Under the pieces are notes generated by a model that worked only from the letters and a program-made list of their open reading frames with translations, was not told the origin of the DNA and did no database searches. The position numbers were made by a program, and so were the translations under genes. Below are positions 1 through 10,417 of a stretch of 64,000 bases of DNA, in pieces. Origin of the DNA: a virus; IMG/VR virus record IMGVR_UViG_3300034093_003283; one strand, written 5' to 3'. Numbering within the stretch: position 1 is the first letter of the stretch; the number at the start of each line of letters is the position of its first letter.

Positions 1-1
1 A

Positions 2-1345
2 ACTGACGTAGTTAATTTAGCAACTGACACATTTACAATTGCTGGTGGTGCAGGCCTTACATCAACTGTAACAAACAATCAAGTAACTATTGATGTTGAC
101 ACTACAGTCATTCGTGCAAATACACCAAGTATGAGACAAACCATTGATGGTGACCTTATCATCAGTGGTAACGTATCCATTTTAGGTAACTCTACAGTAT
201 ACAACGTTGAAACACTTAGTGTTGAAGACTCATTGATTGCACTTGGTAAAAACAACACATCAGATGCAGTTGATATTGGTTTCTACGGTCACTACAATAA
301 TGGTGCAGACCGTCATGCAGGTTTGATGCGTAATGCTGGTGATGGTTTCTTCTATTTGTTTGACAACTATAACATAGAACCAACAGGTAACGTCATCAAC
401 GTTGCAGATGCAAGCTTCCGTCAAGCAAACTTGAAATCTAATTTAATTGCAGCATATGCCAATACAACTCAAGCAAACGTTGGAAATCTATTTGTTGCCG
501 GCACCGCACAAATTAAATCATTAACTTTAACTGATGATTTAACAGTACCTAACGGTGGTACTGGCGCAAGTACATTCACTATTGGTTCTATCCTTGTTGG
601 TGATGGCACAGATTCATTAAAAGAACTTTCTAACACAACATTTACTGCAACTGGTAGTGGTGCTCAAAATAACACCATCACTTCTGTAACTGTTGATTCA
701 TATGGTAGAACAACTGCTGCAACATTCCAAGCAATTAATGGTCTAACAGTTGGCCAAGGCGGTACAGGTAAATCTACTTTTGCTTCAGGTAAAGTTGTTA
801 TTGGTAACGGTACAGGCGCTCTAGTAGAACTTGCAAACGTTACTTACACACTTACCGGTTCATTAAGTGCAGCTAAAACAATCACATCGTTGACTGTAGA
901 TGATTATGGTCGTGTAAGTGCTGCAACAGCAGCAGACATTTCTGGTCTAACCGTTACACAAGGCGGTACCGGTGCATCCACATTAAGTGCTGGTGGTTTG
1001 TTAATTGGTAATGGAACAGGTGCAATTTCTACACTTGCAAATACCACCTACACACTAACCGGTTCATTAGGTGCTGCAAAAACAATTACATCATTGACTG
1101 TTGATGCATACGGCCGTGTAAGTGCTGCAACTGCGGCTGATATTGCAGGTCTGACTGTTGCACAAGGCGGTACTGGCGCTTCTACATTCACTTCAAAAGG
1201 TATCGTTTACGGTGACGGCACAAATGCACTAGCAGTTACCTCTGCTGCAGGCACATCGGATCAAACATGGTCTAATCAGATTCTTACAACCACAGATGCA
1301 GGTGTACCAGTTTGGTCATCCTCAATAGATGGAGGACAATTCTAA
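2..1345 (+). CDS. Tail fibre-like virion protein, 5'-truncated by the window edge
   Basis: Frame is open from base 2 (upstream of the Met at 131). Repeated 'V.QGGTG.ST...G.GT.A' and 'TVD.YGR..AA' fibre repeats. The DIGF..HYNNG..H.GL.R domain is shared with 6578 and 10418. Confidence 0.7.
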   Translation, partial: TDVVNLATDTFTIAGGAGLTSTVTNNQVTIDVDTTVIRANTPSMRQTIDGDLIISGNVSILGNSTVYNVETLSVEDSLIALGKNNTSDAVDIGFYGHYNNGADRHAGLMRNAGDGFFYLFDNYNIEPTGNVINVADASFRQANLKSNLIAAYANTTQANVGNLFVAGTAQIKSLTLTDDLTVPNGGTGASTFTIGSILVGDGTDSLKELSNTTFTATGSGAQNNTITSVTVDSYGRTTAATFQAINGLTVGQGGTGKSTFASGKVVIGNGTGALVELANVTYTLTGSLSAAKTITSLTVDDYGRVSAATAADISGLTVTQGGTGASTLSAGGLLIGNGTGAISTLANTTYTLTGSLGAAKTITSLTVDAYGRVSAATAADIAGLTVAQGGTGASTFTSKGIVYGDGTNALAVTSAAGTSDQTWSNQILTTTDAGVPVWSSSIDGGQF

Positions 1346-1393
1346 AGGCTGACTATATAATGTAATAGATTTTTTTTATGATAGGAGTTTGAA

Positions 1394-2149
1394 ATGGCAA
1401 ATGAGAAGTATTTAAATTATTATATTGAGACAATGACAAGCACATTAACAGATTGTGTGGTTCGAAATATCTCAATGCAAGCAAATGCAAAAATAACTGA
1501 TGAGGTTGTTAAAGAACAGACTGAGAAAATTGATAATTTAAAGTTGATGAATAGTGAACTACAATCTATGATTGTGGAACTAAAAGATACCAATGCATCA
1601 AGTGAAAGCACAGCTGTTCTAGAACTGAAAAATACATTGTTAGAAAGTGAAAAACTTGTAACAAAATTAAGCAACGATGTTGGTGAATTAGGTACCAAAC
1701 ATCGTGCCGAAATTGATGAATTGACAAGTAAGTTTCGTGATTATGATAGTGTTAAGAATCAAGCTGGTCATGTGGAAACATTTAAAGGTGAATTGATTAA
1801 AGCAAGAGAAGAGGTTAGTCGGGTTCGTTCAGAACTTGAAAACAAAATCAATTCTCTTACATCTGAAAATACTGGAAAAATTAATGCAATGAATGAACAG
1901 AATGAAAAAACTGTTGCATCATTATTGAAACAAAATGAAGATACTGTTAACAATTTGATTCAGAAACATGAAACTGAAAAGAGTGAATACAACAATAAGA
2001 TAGACGATCTACTTGCTAAAATTGATTACTTACAACTACCTCCTTCCAAAAGAAAAAAAATTGATGAGCTGAATAAAGAAGTGGAACCAACAACTTTAAC
2101 AAGTTTAATTGGTACCAATGGCCCAATCAAAGATGGTGGAACGTTTTAA
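1394..2149 (+). CDS. Hypothetical coiled-coil protein
   Basis: E/K/N-rich helical composition; SD AGGAG upstream; ends DGGTF, like the DGGQF end of the upstream gene. Confidence 0.6.
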   Translation: MANEKYLNYYIETMTSTLTDCVVRNISMQANAKITDEVVKEQTEKIDNLKLMNSELQSMIVELKDTNASSESTAVLELKNTLLESEKLVTKLSNDVGELGTKHRAEIDELTSKFRDYDSVKNQAGHVETFKGELIKAREEVSRVRSELENKINSLTSENTGKINAMNEQNEKTVASLLKQNEDTVNNLIQKHETEKSEYNNKIDDLLAKIDYLQLPPSKRKKIDELNKEVEPTTLTSLIGTNGPIKDGGTF

Positions 2150-2153
2150 GTAA

Positions 2154-2633
2154 ATGTCAAACACAGCAATACAGTTAAAAAAATCAGGCGCAACGGGAAA
2201 CACACCATCAGGACTATCCTATGGTGAGTTAGCACTCAACTACGCCGATGGTAAACTGTATTATAAAAATGGTTCTGGTGGTACTTCTTACATAAGTAAC
2301 CAATTCTCTTTCGATACAATCAATGCCAATAGTTCTTTAATATTGGCCACAAGTGGTTCGGACACACTGTCTTTTATTGCTGGTAATAATATAACCATCA
2401 GTACAAATACAACCACAAAAACAATCACAATCAATGCATCAGTGTCTGGAGGAAGTGATCCTGGTCCTGCGTTTGACAGGGCCAATGCAGCATATGCATC
2501 ACAAAACATCACAGCGGTGTTTGCTAATGCAGCTTTCATTCATGCCAATGCTGCCTTTGATAAGGCCAACACAGGCACGACCGCACTTGATGTAAATGCC
2601 GACATTGTTGCTTTCACTATCGCATTTAGTTGA
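2154..2633 (+). CDS. Virion fibre protein (short stalk)
   Basis: N-terminal 'IQLKKS...P..L.YGELALNYADGKLYYK' motif typical of phage fibre N-termini; AF..ANAA repeats; hydrophobic C-terminus. Confidence 0.55.
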   Translation: MSNTAIQLKKSGATGNTPSGLSYGELALNYADGKLYYKNGSGGTSYISNQFSFDTINANSSLILATSGSDTLSFIAGNNITISTNTTTKTITINASVSGGSDPGPAFDRANAAYASQNITAVFANAAFIHANAAFDKANTGTTALDVNADIVAFTIAFS

Positions 2634-2662
2634 TAAAATAAATAGAAGATAAGGAAATTTAA

Positions 2663-2989
2663 ATGGCAAATACTTTTAAAAATCAACTACAAGCAGCAGT
2701 CGGAACTTCACCTACAACCATATACACTGCTGGCGCAGGCGTATCTACCACAGTTATTGGTATGACTATTGCAAATATATTGAACACATCAATAACTGCA
2801 AATGTTATAGTAACTTCTAGTGCATCAGATTATTATATGGTTAAGATGGCTACAATTGATCCAGGTAATTCTTTAATCACCATTGGTGGTGAACAAAAAT
2901 TAGTATTGGAAGCCGGTGATATACTTAAAGTTTCAACAAGTAATGCTTCAGCAGCAGACGTTATTGTAAGTTTATTAGAAATAACGTAA
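2663..2989 (+). CDS. Small virion protein (adaptor-like; paralogue of 9155 and 12152)
   Basis: ~110 aa, beta-rich; 'T.YT......T......N...L.L..GD.L.V......LEIT' pattern shared with the two paralogues. Confidence 0.6.
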   Translation: MANTFKNQLQAAVGTSPTTIYTAGAGVSTTVIGMTIANILNTSITANVIVTSSASDYYMVKMATIDPGNSLITIGGEQKLVLEAGDILKVSTSNASAADVIVSLLEIT

Positions 2990-2990
2990 T

Positions 2991-3722
2991 ATGCAATTCA
3001 CTTACATTGGCAATCAAGGAAGTAAGGATGTAAGGTTAGCCAGTTCATTTGCCAATGGTGCATTTGTAACTGCTAACTCAGCAGCCTCTTTCGCCAATGG
3101 TGCTTTTGGTGCAGCCAATTCGGGTGCTAGTTTCGCTAATGCGGCTTTTGCTCATGCTAATGCAGCCTTTGCTGCAGCAAATACTGGAGGTGGTGGAGGA
3201 GCATTAACAGGATATGTTGATGTGTTTACTGGTGACGGTTCAACGTCAGCTTTCACATTATCAACCACACCAACAAGTGCTAATATAACTTTTGTTGCTG
3301 TACAGGGTGTCTTGCAACCTAAAGCTTCATATAGTTTAACTGGGAACTTATTAACTTTTGATTCAAATCCACCGAGCACATCATATATTGAAGTAACCAC
3401 ATTGACTGGTGCTGGTGGTGCTGGTTCATCAATCACATGGTATATTGCAAATGCAAACACTACAATGACTGTCAGTTCTGGTTACTTTGTAAATACTATG
3501 GGTGGTCCATTAACAATGACTTTACCCGTAAGTGCAACTTTAGGAGACACTATCAGACTCAATGATTTGGCCGGAACATTTAGTGCAAATAATTTAACCA
3601 TTAATAGAAATTCACACAAAATACAAGGCAATACAAACGATTTAATAGTTAACGTAGACCAAAGTAGTTTTGGTTTAGTATACAGTAATAGCACATATGG
3701 TTGGAAAGTATTGGAGTTATAA
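2991..3722 (+). CDS. Virion fibre protein
   Basis: ANxAF repeats, an 'FTGDGST.AFTL' small beta domain, and a C-terminal 'LTMTLP.SATLGD.I...D..GTF..NNLTI.RN..KIQG' fibre domain. Confidence 0.6.
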   Translation: MQFTYIGNQGSKDVRLASSFANGAFVTANSAASFANGAFGAANSGASFANAAFAHANAAFAAANTGGGGGALTGYVDVFTGDGSTSAFTLSTTPTSANITFVAVQGVLQPKASYSLTGNLLTFDSNPPSTSYIEVTTLTGAGGAGSSITWYIANANTTMTVSSGYFVNTMGGPLTMTLPVSATLGDTIRLNDLAGTFSANNLTINRNSHKIQGNTNDLIVNVDQSSFGLVYSNSTYGWKVLEL

Positions 3723-6541
3723 TGGCAACAACAAATCTAACAAACCTAAAAGCAAATGCTTTATCCAATGTTGTAAGTACAGTACTGTCTACAACAGGAG
3801 TTTCTTCTGTTCCAAAAATTACAACGATTACTTATCCTGGAGATGATACTGCCGCAAATACTGGTGGCAATCAAACGATTTCAATATCTGGAACTGGATT
3901 TAATACAGGTGCCTCTGTTATTGTTAATGGTACACCAGCAAGTGTTGTGAGTGTTGTGAGTCCTACAAGTTTGACGTTCACTGCACCTGCACAATCTTCG
4001 GGAACATACACACTTTATGTTGTGAACACAGATGGTGGTACGGCGATTGCAGTTCCTGGTATTAGTTATAGTGGCACACCAACATGGAGTACTGCTTCAG
4101 GAAGTCTTGGTACAGTATATGAAACTAACGCAGTAAGTAATACTGTAACAGCAACAGGTGATGCAACAATCGCATACAGTCTATTTTCAGGTACACTACC
4201 TACAGGTAGTACACTGAACACAGCGAACGGATTAATATCTGGAACTTCGGTGGCCACAGAAAGTCCGACAACATACAGTTTCACCATTCGTGCAACTGAC
4301 GGTCAAAATCAAGATACGGACCGTGCATTTAGTATAACAATTAGTCCTGATACGGTTACATGGAGTAGTCCAGCGGATCAATATTCAACTTCATTGGCAC
4401 AAGATACCGCAATGAGCGCATTCACTATGAGTGCAAGTAGTGCTGCAGGTAAAAGTATCACATATACTGCAAATAGTTTACCAACAGGATTAAGTATCAG
4501 TGGTGCAACTATCGTGGGTACTCCAACTGTAACGGGAACTAGTGGCAGTTTAATCACAGCAACAGCAGCCACAACAGGTCGCACTGCAACAAGGACATTT
4601 AATTGGGTAGTGAGTGTGTCAATTGATACATATTGGCCTTATACTGTTTTATTATTAAACGGCGAAGGTACTAATGCAACTGATAATGCACAAAATATTA
4701 CAGTCATAGACAGCAGTACTAATGCTTTTACAATTACTAAACAAGCTGGTACAACAAGACAAGGTACATTCAGCCCATTCAGTGCTAGGGGATGGAGTAA
4801 TTATTTTCCAGCAGGTGCATTAACTACACCCGCTTCAGCAGTACATAATTTAGGTACAGGTGACTTTACGGTGGAATTATGGTACAACCAAGTGGGTGCA
4901 GTTGGCTATGGTGGATTGTTTATGTTGGGACAATATAATACAGGCATTCATATATCCCTAAACAATTCAACTTATACTGTTTATTGTCTAACCGGTTCTG
5001 AAGCATTTAATGGGGTTAGTGGTCCAGTAGTAAATGGTGAATGGAATCACGTAGCTTTAACAAGGTCCGGTACAACCCTTACGTTGTGGCACAATGGTGT
5101 GTCGAAAGGATCCGTTTCGAGTTCAGCTACAATAAGTCCAACAGCAGGAATTACCATTGGTGCAACTGGACATAATCCAGGCAGTGAAAGGTTTAATGGT
5201 TATATTTCCAACGTTCGGTTGGTTAAAGGAACTTGTTTATACACTTCAACATTTACTCCATCAACGACAGAATTAACAGCAATAACAGGCACAACTATAT
5301 TAGCATGTCAATCAAATGGATTCAAGGACAACAGTGAAAATAATTGGACATTTACAGTATCTGGCACCGTAAGTGTAAAAAAATTCAGTCCATTCAATGG
5401 CACCGCAGAATACGGTACAACAACTCATGGTGGCAGTTTATATTTTGATGCCAGTACATATTATACATTGCCGTATAATGCAGCCTTTGGTGCAGGTACC
5501 GGCGATTTCACTTTAGAAGCCTGGGTATATCCCACATCTAGTGCTGGAAATATGGCTGTTGTTGATGGTGGGAATGGGTCTGGCGGTCGAGCCAGTACCG
5601 GGCATTTTATATATTTCCAAGATGCCATGCAAGCAACTTACTTTACAAATGGTGGTAATCAAATCACCGGAGCTGCAATAGTTGCCAATGTATGGACACA
5701 CATAGCTGTAGTTAGAAGTAGTGGTAGCACTAAAATGTATATCAATGGTACTCAATCAGGAAGTACATATACGGACAGTACAAACTATGGTACACAACAA
5801 CCATACATAGGAAGAAACAGTGATTCAAACGGAAATCTTTGGACTGGATATATTTCTGGTTTAAGATTTGTTAAAGGTACAGGAGTTTATACAACCACAT
5901 TTACTCCACCTACAGCTCCATCAACAGCGATATCAGGTACTTCATATTTACTAAATGGATCTAATGCGGGTATTATTGACCAAACTGGTATGTCTAGTTT
6001 TGTCAATCAAGGAACTACTGCAAAAATTACCACTGCTAATAAAAAATACGGTAGTGGAAGTATGTCATTTACAGCATCTAATGGAGATTACTTCACCTAT
6101 TCTCATCCGATTCCATTTCCTACTGCATTTACTATTGAGCTTTGGTTCTACCCCACTATTAGTCAATCAGACAAATATCTATTTTGTGGCCAAGCTAGTC
6201 CGATGATTAATATTAATGGTACTATGGGATTGGGATTTGCACATCAGGGTGCATTTGTGGCTTATACTTCGGCTAATTATATTACTACAAACACTTGGTA
6301 TCATCTTGCATACGTCCGTGAAGGTCTTGGAAGCAATCAAACAAAATTATATTTAAACGGCACAGTTGCTCTTATGGGAACAGAATCGGCCACCTTTGAT
6401 GGAGGTGGAATAACTGCAATAGGTGCGGGCGATAATGGTACACAAGTTTTTACCGGATATATTGATGATCTTAGAATCACTTATTATCCAAGATATACAA
6501 CAACATTTACGCCGCCATCAGCTGCATTCCTTTTGAGATGA
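3722..6541 (+). CDS. Virion protein with IPT/Ig-like and LamG/ConA-like lectin domains (putative receptor binding)
   Basis: ATG at 3722 overlaps the upstream stop. Ig-like 'LP.GL.....G.I.GTP' repeats; three 'FT.E.W.Y...W.H.A..R....GYI...R' LamG-type repeats. Confidence 0.75.
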   Translation: MATTNLTNLKANALSNVVSTVLSTTGVSSVPKITTITYPGDDTAANTGGNQTISISGTGFNTGASVIVNGTPASVVSVVSPTSLTFTAPAQSSGTYTLYVVNTDGGTAIAVPGISYSGTPTWSTASGSLGTVYETNAVSNTVTATGDATIAYSLFSGTLPTGSTLNTANGLISGTSVATESPTTYSFTIRATDGQNQDTDRAFSITISPDTVTWSSPADQYSTSLAQDTAMSAFTMSASSAAGKSITYTANSLPTGLSISGATIVGTPTVTGTSGSLITATAATTGRTATRTFNWVVSVSIDTYWPYTVLLLNGEGTNATDNAQNITVIDSSTNAFTITKQAGTTRQGTFSPFSARGWSNYFPAGALTTPASAVHNLGTGDFTVELWYNQVGAVGYGGLFMLGQYNTGIHISLNNSTYTVYCLTGSEAFNGVSGPVVNGEWNHVALTRSGTTLTLWHNGVSKGSVSSSATISPTAGITIGATGHNPGSERFNGYISNVRLVKGTCLYTSTFTPSTTELTAITGTTILACQSNGFKDNSENNWTFTVSGTVSVKKFSPFNGTAEYGTTTHGGSLYFDASTYYTLPYNAAFGAGTGDFTLEAWVYPTSSAGNMAVVDGGNGSGGRASTGHFIYFQDAMQATYFTNGGNQITGAAIVANVWTHIAVVRSSGSTKMYINGTQSGSTYTDSTNYGTQQPYIGRNSDSNGNLWTGYISGLRFVKGTGVYTTTFTPPTAPSTAISGTSYLLNGSNAGIIDQTGMSSFVNQGTTAKITTANKKYGSGSMSFTASNGDYFTYSHPIPFPTAFTIELWFYPTISQSDKYLFCGQASPMININGTMGLGFAHQGAFVAYTSANYITTNTWYHLAYVREGLGSNQTKLYLNGTVALMGTESATFDGGGITAIGAGDNGTQVFTGYIDDLRITYYPRYTTTFTPPSAAFLLR

Positions 6542-6577
6542 CTAGACTAAATATAGAATACAAACAATAAAAAGAAA

Positions 6578-9145
6578 ATGGCATTATTAAAAATAAAACC
6601 CTTTATCATAGATGAAACTAATAGTAGTTCATTTAATAAAGCCAATTCTGCTTTTGATGCAGCCAACTCTGCGGCATCTTTTGCTAATGGTGCCTTTGCA
6701 CATGCTAATGCAGCTTACAATGCAGCCAATACTGGTGCTTCTAGTACAGATGCATATGCAAGAGATACTGCCAATGCTTCTTTTGTAACAGCCAATTCAG
6801 GTGCATCGTTTGCTAATGGTGCTTTTGTTGCAGCCAACTCATCATCATCTTTTGCTAATGGCGCTTTCGATAGAGCCAATGCGGCCTATAATGCTGCGAA
6901 TACTGCAACAGATTCTTGGGTAAGAACTCAAGCAAATAATGCATATGACAAGGCAAACTCCGCCGGTTCATTTGCTAATGGTGCTTTTGATGCAGCTAAT
7001 ACGGCTGATGGTAAATCCGTTAGTTCGGGTTCTTTTGCTAATGGTGCCTTTGATAGAGCTAACGCCGCATACAATGCAGCCAATACCGCCACAGACCCAT
7101 GGGTAAGAACACAAGCAAATAATTCTTATGATACTGCAAACTCGGCTGGTTCATTTGCCAACGGAGCTTTTGTAACAGCCAACTCTGGTGCATCATTTGC
7201 TAATGGTGCTTTCACCAAGGCCAATTCTGCAAATGTATTGGCGCAGGCAGCATTCGATGTTGCCAATTCGGCAGCCAGTTTTGCCAATGGCGCTTTCACT
7301 ACAGCAAACTTAAAATTTAATACATCAGGTGGTACAATTTCTGGTGATGTTTCTATTACCGGTAACCTAAATGTGCAAGGTAATACATTTAGTACCAGTG
7401 CAACTCAAATTGTTGCTAATGATACTATGTTCATTATGGGTACAGGCAATTATTCTGGTGATGTGTTAGACATTGGATTTGCTGCACACTATAATAATGG
7501 TATTAATGCACATACTGGATTGATAAGAGATTCAGGTACCAAAGAATGGCAGTTGTTTGAAGAATATACTCCAGAAGTTGGTTCAAACAACAACATCAAC
7601 ATTGCGGATGCATCATTCAAACTTGCCACTCTAAATGCAAATGTAAAATCAACAACTATATTGATAAAAAATATAGATGTATTGCCTTATATAAACAATG
7701 CATATGCAGCTGCAAATTCTGGTGCATCGTTTGCTAATAGTGCTTTTGATGCAGCCAACTCTGCTTCTAATTATGCCAACGGAGCATTTACAGCAGCCAA
7801 TACCGCTGATGGTAAAGCAACTAGTGTCGGTCTATATGCTAATGGTGCTTTTAGTTCTTCTAACTCAGCATCTAGTTACGCTAATGGTGCTTTTGGTACG
7901 GCTAACTCAGCAGCACTGTATTCTAATGGTGCCTTTTTACAATCCAATTCATCTTTTGGTGCCGCAAATTCAGCCAGTTTGTATGCTAATGCGGCTTTCG
8001 CTGCAGCAAATTCTGGATCAAGTGCAGGGTTTGCTTTTAGTCAGGCTAATGCGGCTTTTGGTGCCGCAAACTTGGCCAGTTCATTTGCTAATAGTGCTTT
8101 CTCTCAAGCCAATTTGGCATACAATGCAATTATCACCAGTAGTAATACCGCATCATTATATTATTTAACAAGAACATTTGCTGGTGATGGTAGTACCACC
8201 GCATTTACAGTAACAGCAAACACCACATCAAACAGCATTCTTGTTTTTGATAATGGTATTACACAAAATCCAATAGTTGATTATAGTGTAAGTGGTACAA
8301 CATTAACTTTCACAACGGCACCAAGTAACGGGTCAGTAATACAAGTTCGTGAAATGTTGAGTAACGTACCAGTAGTTACAGACAACTCAAACTCAGCATT
8401 TGATAGAGCAAATGCGGCTTTTGCTGCAGCAAATACTGCCACAGATTCATGGGTAAGAACACAGGCCAATAATGCATATGATACAGCCAACTCGGCAGGT
8501 TCATTTGCTAACGGAGCTTTTGTAACTGCAAACTCTAATTCAAGTTTTGCCAATGGTGCTTTCGATAGAGCTAATGCATCATATGGCGTAGCAAATTCTG
8601 GTTCATCATTTGCTAATGGTGCTTTTACTACTGCCAATTCTGGTGCAACATTTGCTAATGCATCTTTTGATAGAGCCAACTCAGCAGCTAGCTTTGCTAA
8701 CAGTGCTTTTATAACTGCTAATGCATCCTATGCATCACAAAACACTACGGCTGGTTTTGCCAATTCGGCATATGCTCACGCTAATGCAGCTTACTTAGCA
8801 GCAAACACAAGTGGCGGTGCTGACACTTATGCCAGAGATACAGCTAACGCATCTTTCTTACAGGCTAATTCGGCAGCTAGCTTTGCTAATGGTGCCTTTA
8901 CAACAGCCAATGCATCATTTACAAAAGCAAATACAGCTACAATATATACAGCATCGTCTACTGCGCCATCATCATCAAAACCTGGAGACCATTGGTATTT
9001 AACTACAACAGATATTCTTTATGAATATATAAATGATGGCACAAGCAATAATTGGGTAGATATAACTTCACCAACAATTTCAAACGGTACAACTAGCAGT
9101 GCATCCACAGAAACAATTAGTCCATTCTTGTTAATGGGTGCATAA
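6578..9145 (+). CDS. Ala/Asn-repeat virion fibre stalk protein
   Basis: Dozens of ANSAASFANGAF / AFDRANAAY heptad-like repeats separated by small globular domains; ends in hydrophobic ISPFLLMGA. Confidence 0.65.
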   Translation: MALLKIKPFIIDETNSSSFNKANSAFDAANSAASFANGAFAHANAAYNAANTGASSTDAYARDTANASFVTANSGASFANGAFVAANSSSSFANGAFDRANAAYNAANTATDSWVRTQANNAYDKANSAGSFANGAFDAANTADGKSVSSGSFANGAFDRANAAYNAANTATDPWVRTQANNSYDTANSAGSFANGAFVTANSGASFANGAFTKANSANVLAQAAFDVANSAASFANGAFTTANLKFNTSGGTISGDVSITGNLNVQGNTFSTSATQIVANDTMFIMGTGNYSGDVLDIGFAAHYNNGINAHTGLIRDSGTKEWQLFEEYTPEVGSNNNINIADASFKLATLNANVKSTTILIKNIDVLPYINNAYAAANSGASFANSAFDAANSASNYANGAFTAANTADGKATSVGLYANGAFSSSNSASSYANGAFGTANSAALYSNGAFLQSNSSFGAANSASLYANAAFAAANSGSSAGFAFSQANAAFGAANLASSFANSAFSQANLAYNAIITSSNTASLYYLTRTFAGDGSTTAFTVTANTTSNSILVFDNGITQNPIVDYSVSGTTLTFTTAPSNGSVIQVREMLSNVPVVTDNSNSAFDRANAAFAAANTATDSWVRTQANNAYDTANSAGSFANGAFVTANSNSSFANGAFDRANASYGVANSGSSFANGAFTTANSGATFANASFDRANSAASFANSAFITANASYASQNTTAGFANSAYAHANAAYLAANTSGGADTYARDTANASFLQANSAASFANGAFTTANASFTKANTATIYTASSTAPSSSKPGDHWYLTTTDILYEYINDGTSNNWVDITSPTISNGTTSSASTETISPFLLMGA

Positions 9146-9154
9146 GGAAAAAAC

Positions 9155-9484
9155 ATGGCAACAGCATACAAAGTTTTAGGTCAATCAAATCCAGCAGCAA
9201 ACACAGCAACAACTCTTTATACTGTACCTGCGGCAACAAGTACAATTATTTCCACACTTTCTATTTGCAATCAGTCTGCAACTGGTGGCACAGTTAAAGT
9301 GGCTATTCGTCCAGCAGGAGCAACATTGGCTACACAACACTATTTGGCATTTGACGCACCTGTACCAGCAAATGATATGTTATCATTGACACTTGGTTTA
9401 ACTTTAGCAGCAACTGATGTTGTCACAGTAAATGCAAGTAGTGCATTAATAAGTTTTCATGCTTATGGTAGTGAGATAACATAA
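9155..9484 (+). CDS. Small virion protein (adaptor-like)
   Basis: MATAYKVLGQ.NP...T.LYTVP...GSEIT; paralogue of 2663 and 12152. Confidence 0.6.
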   Translation: MATAYKVLGQSNPAANTATTLYTVPAATSTIISTLSICNQSATGGTVKVAIRPAGATLATQHYLAFDAPVPANDMLSLTLGLTLAATDVVTVNASSALISFHAYGSEIT

Positions 9485-9485
9485 T

Positions 9486-10415
9486 ATGTCTGTTAAAAAA
9501 TTATCTAACAGTACATTATCCACTAAGAATACTTCTTTAAGTGGTGATTTAATAACAGTTGAGATGTTACTGGTTGGAGGAGGTGGAGGAGGTGGATCAG
9601 CAGGAGGTGGTGCTGGTGGTTATAATTATCAGAGCACATTTATTTTTAAAAAAAATGTAACCTATACAGTAATCGTTGGTAACGGTGGTGCTGGCGCCGC
9701 AGGAGTCTTCAGTGCGAGTTCTTCAAATGGAGAACGAGGTGGTGACACTTCAATCACATCAACTGGTTTTTCTTTGTATGCATATGGCGGTGGATGGGGC
9801 ATTGGAGGTTACACAGATCCAAAAAAGGCAGGAAGTGGCGCCTCAGGCGGCGGTGGAGTTAGTAGCTCCACAACAGACCACTTGGGCGGGGAACCAATCA
9901 CAGGTCAAGGAAATGCTGGAGGTGATGCATTTATATCAGGCACTGCTTTAGCAGGTGCCGGCGGTGGCGGCGCAGGTGCTGTTGGTGGAAATAGTGTAAG
10001 CGCCACAGTGGCAGGTTCAGGTGGTATTGGATTACAAAATTCCATAACAGGCACTGCAACATATTATTGCGGCGGTGGCGGTGGCGGCAGCAGCGGCGCC
10101 GGCACAGCGGGCAACGGTGGTGCAGGTGGTGGTGGTGGAGGAAGTTCAACAGCTGGAGGCACAGGAGGTTCAAACGGCGGCCAGAATGGAACAAATACAG
10201 TTGGTGGGAATGGCGGAACAAATTCCGGCGGTGGCGGTGGTGGTATGAAAAACTCCGCCGGCACTAATGCAGGTAACGGTGGTTCAGGTATTGCAGTCAT
10301 CAAGTACCCAACCGGTTACGCAGCAGCCACAACAACAGGTACAGTTACATATTCAATACTATCTGGTTTTAGAATATATACCTTTACAGGTTCAGGAACA
10401 ATTAAATTTAATTAA
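9486..10415 (+). CDS. Glycine-rich virion protein (putative adhesin)
   Basis: 'VEMLLVGGGGGG...AGGGAGG' start, polyglycine runs, 'GGSGI.VIKY' and 'YTFTGSGTI.F' end. Confidence 0.65.
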   Translation: MSVKKLSNSTLSTKNTSLSGDLITVEMLLVGGGGGGGSAGGGAGGYNYQSTFIFKKNVTYTVIVGNGGAGAAGVFSASSSNGERGGDTSITSTGFSLYAYGGGWGIGGYTDPKKAGSGASGGGGVSSSTTDHLGGEPITGQGNAGGDAFISGTALAGAGGGGAGAVGGNSVSATVAGSGGIGLQNSITGTATYYCGGGGGGSSGAGTAGNGGAGGGGGGSSTAGGTGGSNGGQNGTNTVGGNGGTNSGGGGGGMKNSAGTNAGNGGSGIAVIKYPTGYAAATTTGTVTYSILSGFRIYTFTGSGTIKFN

Positions 10416-10417
10416 AA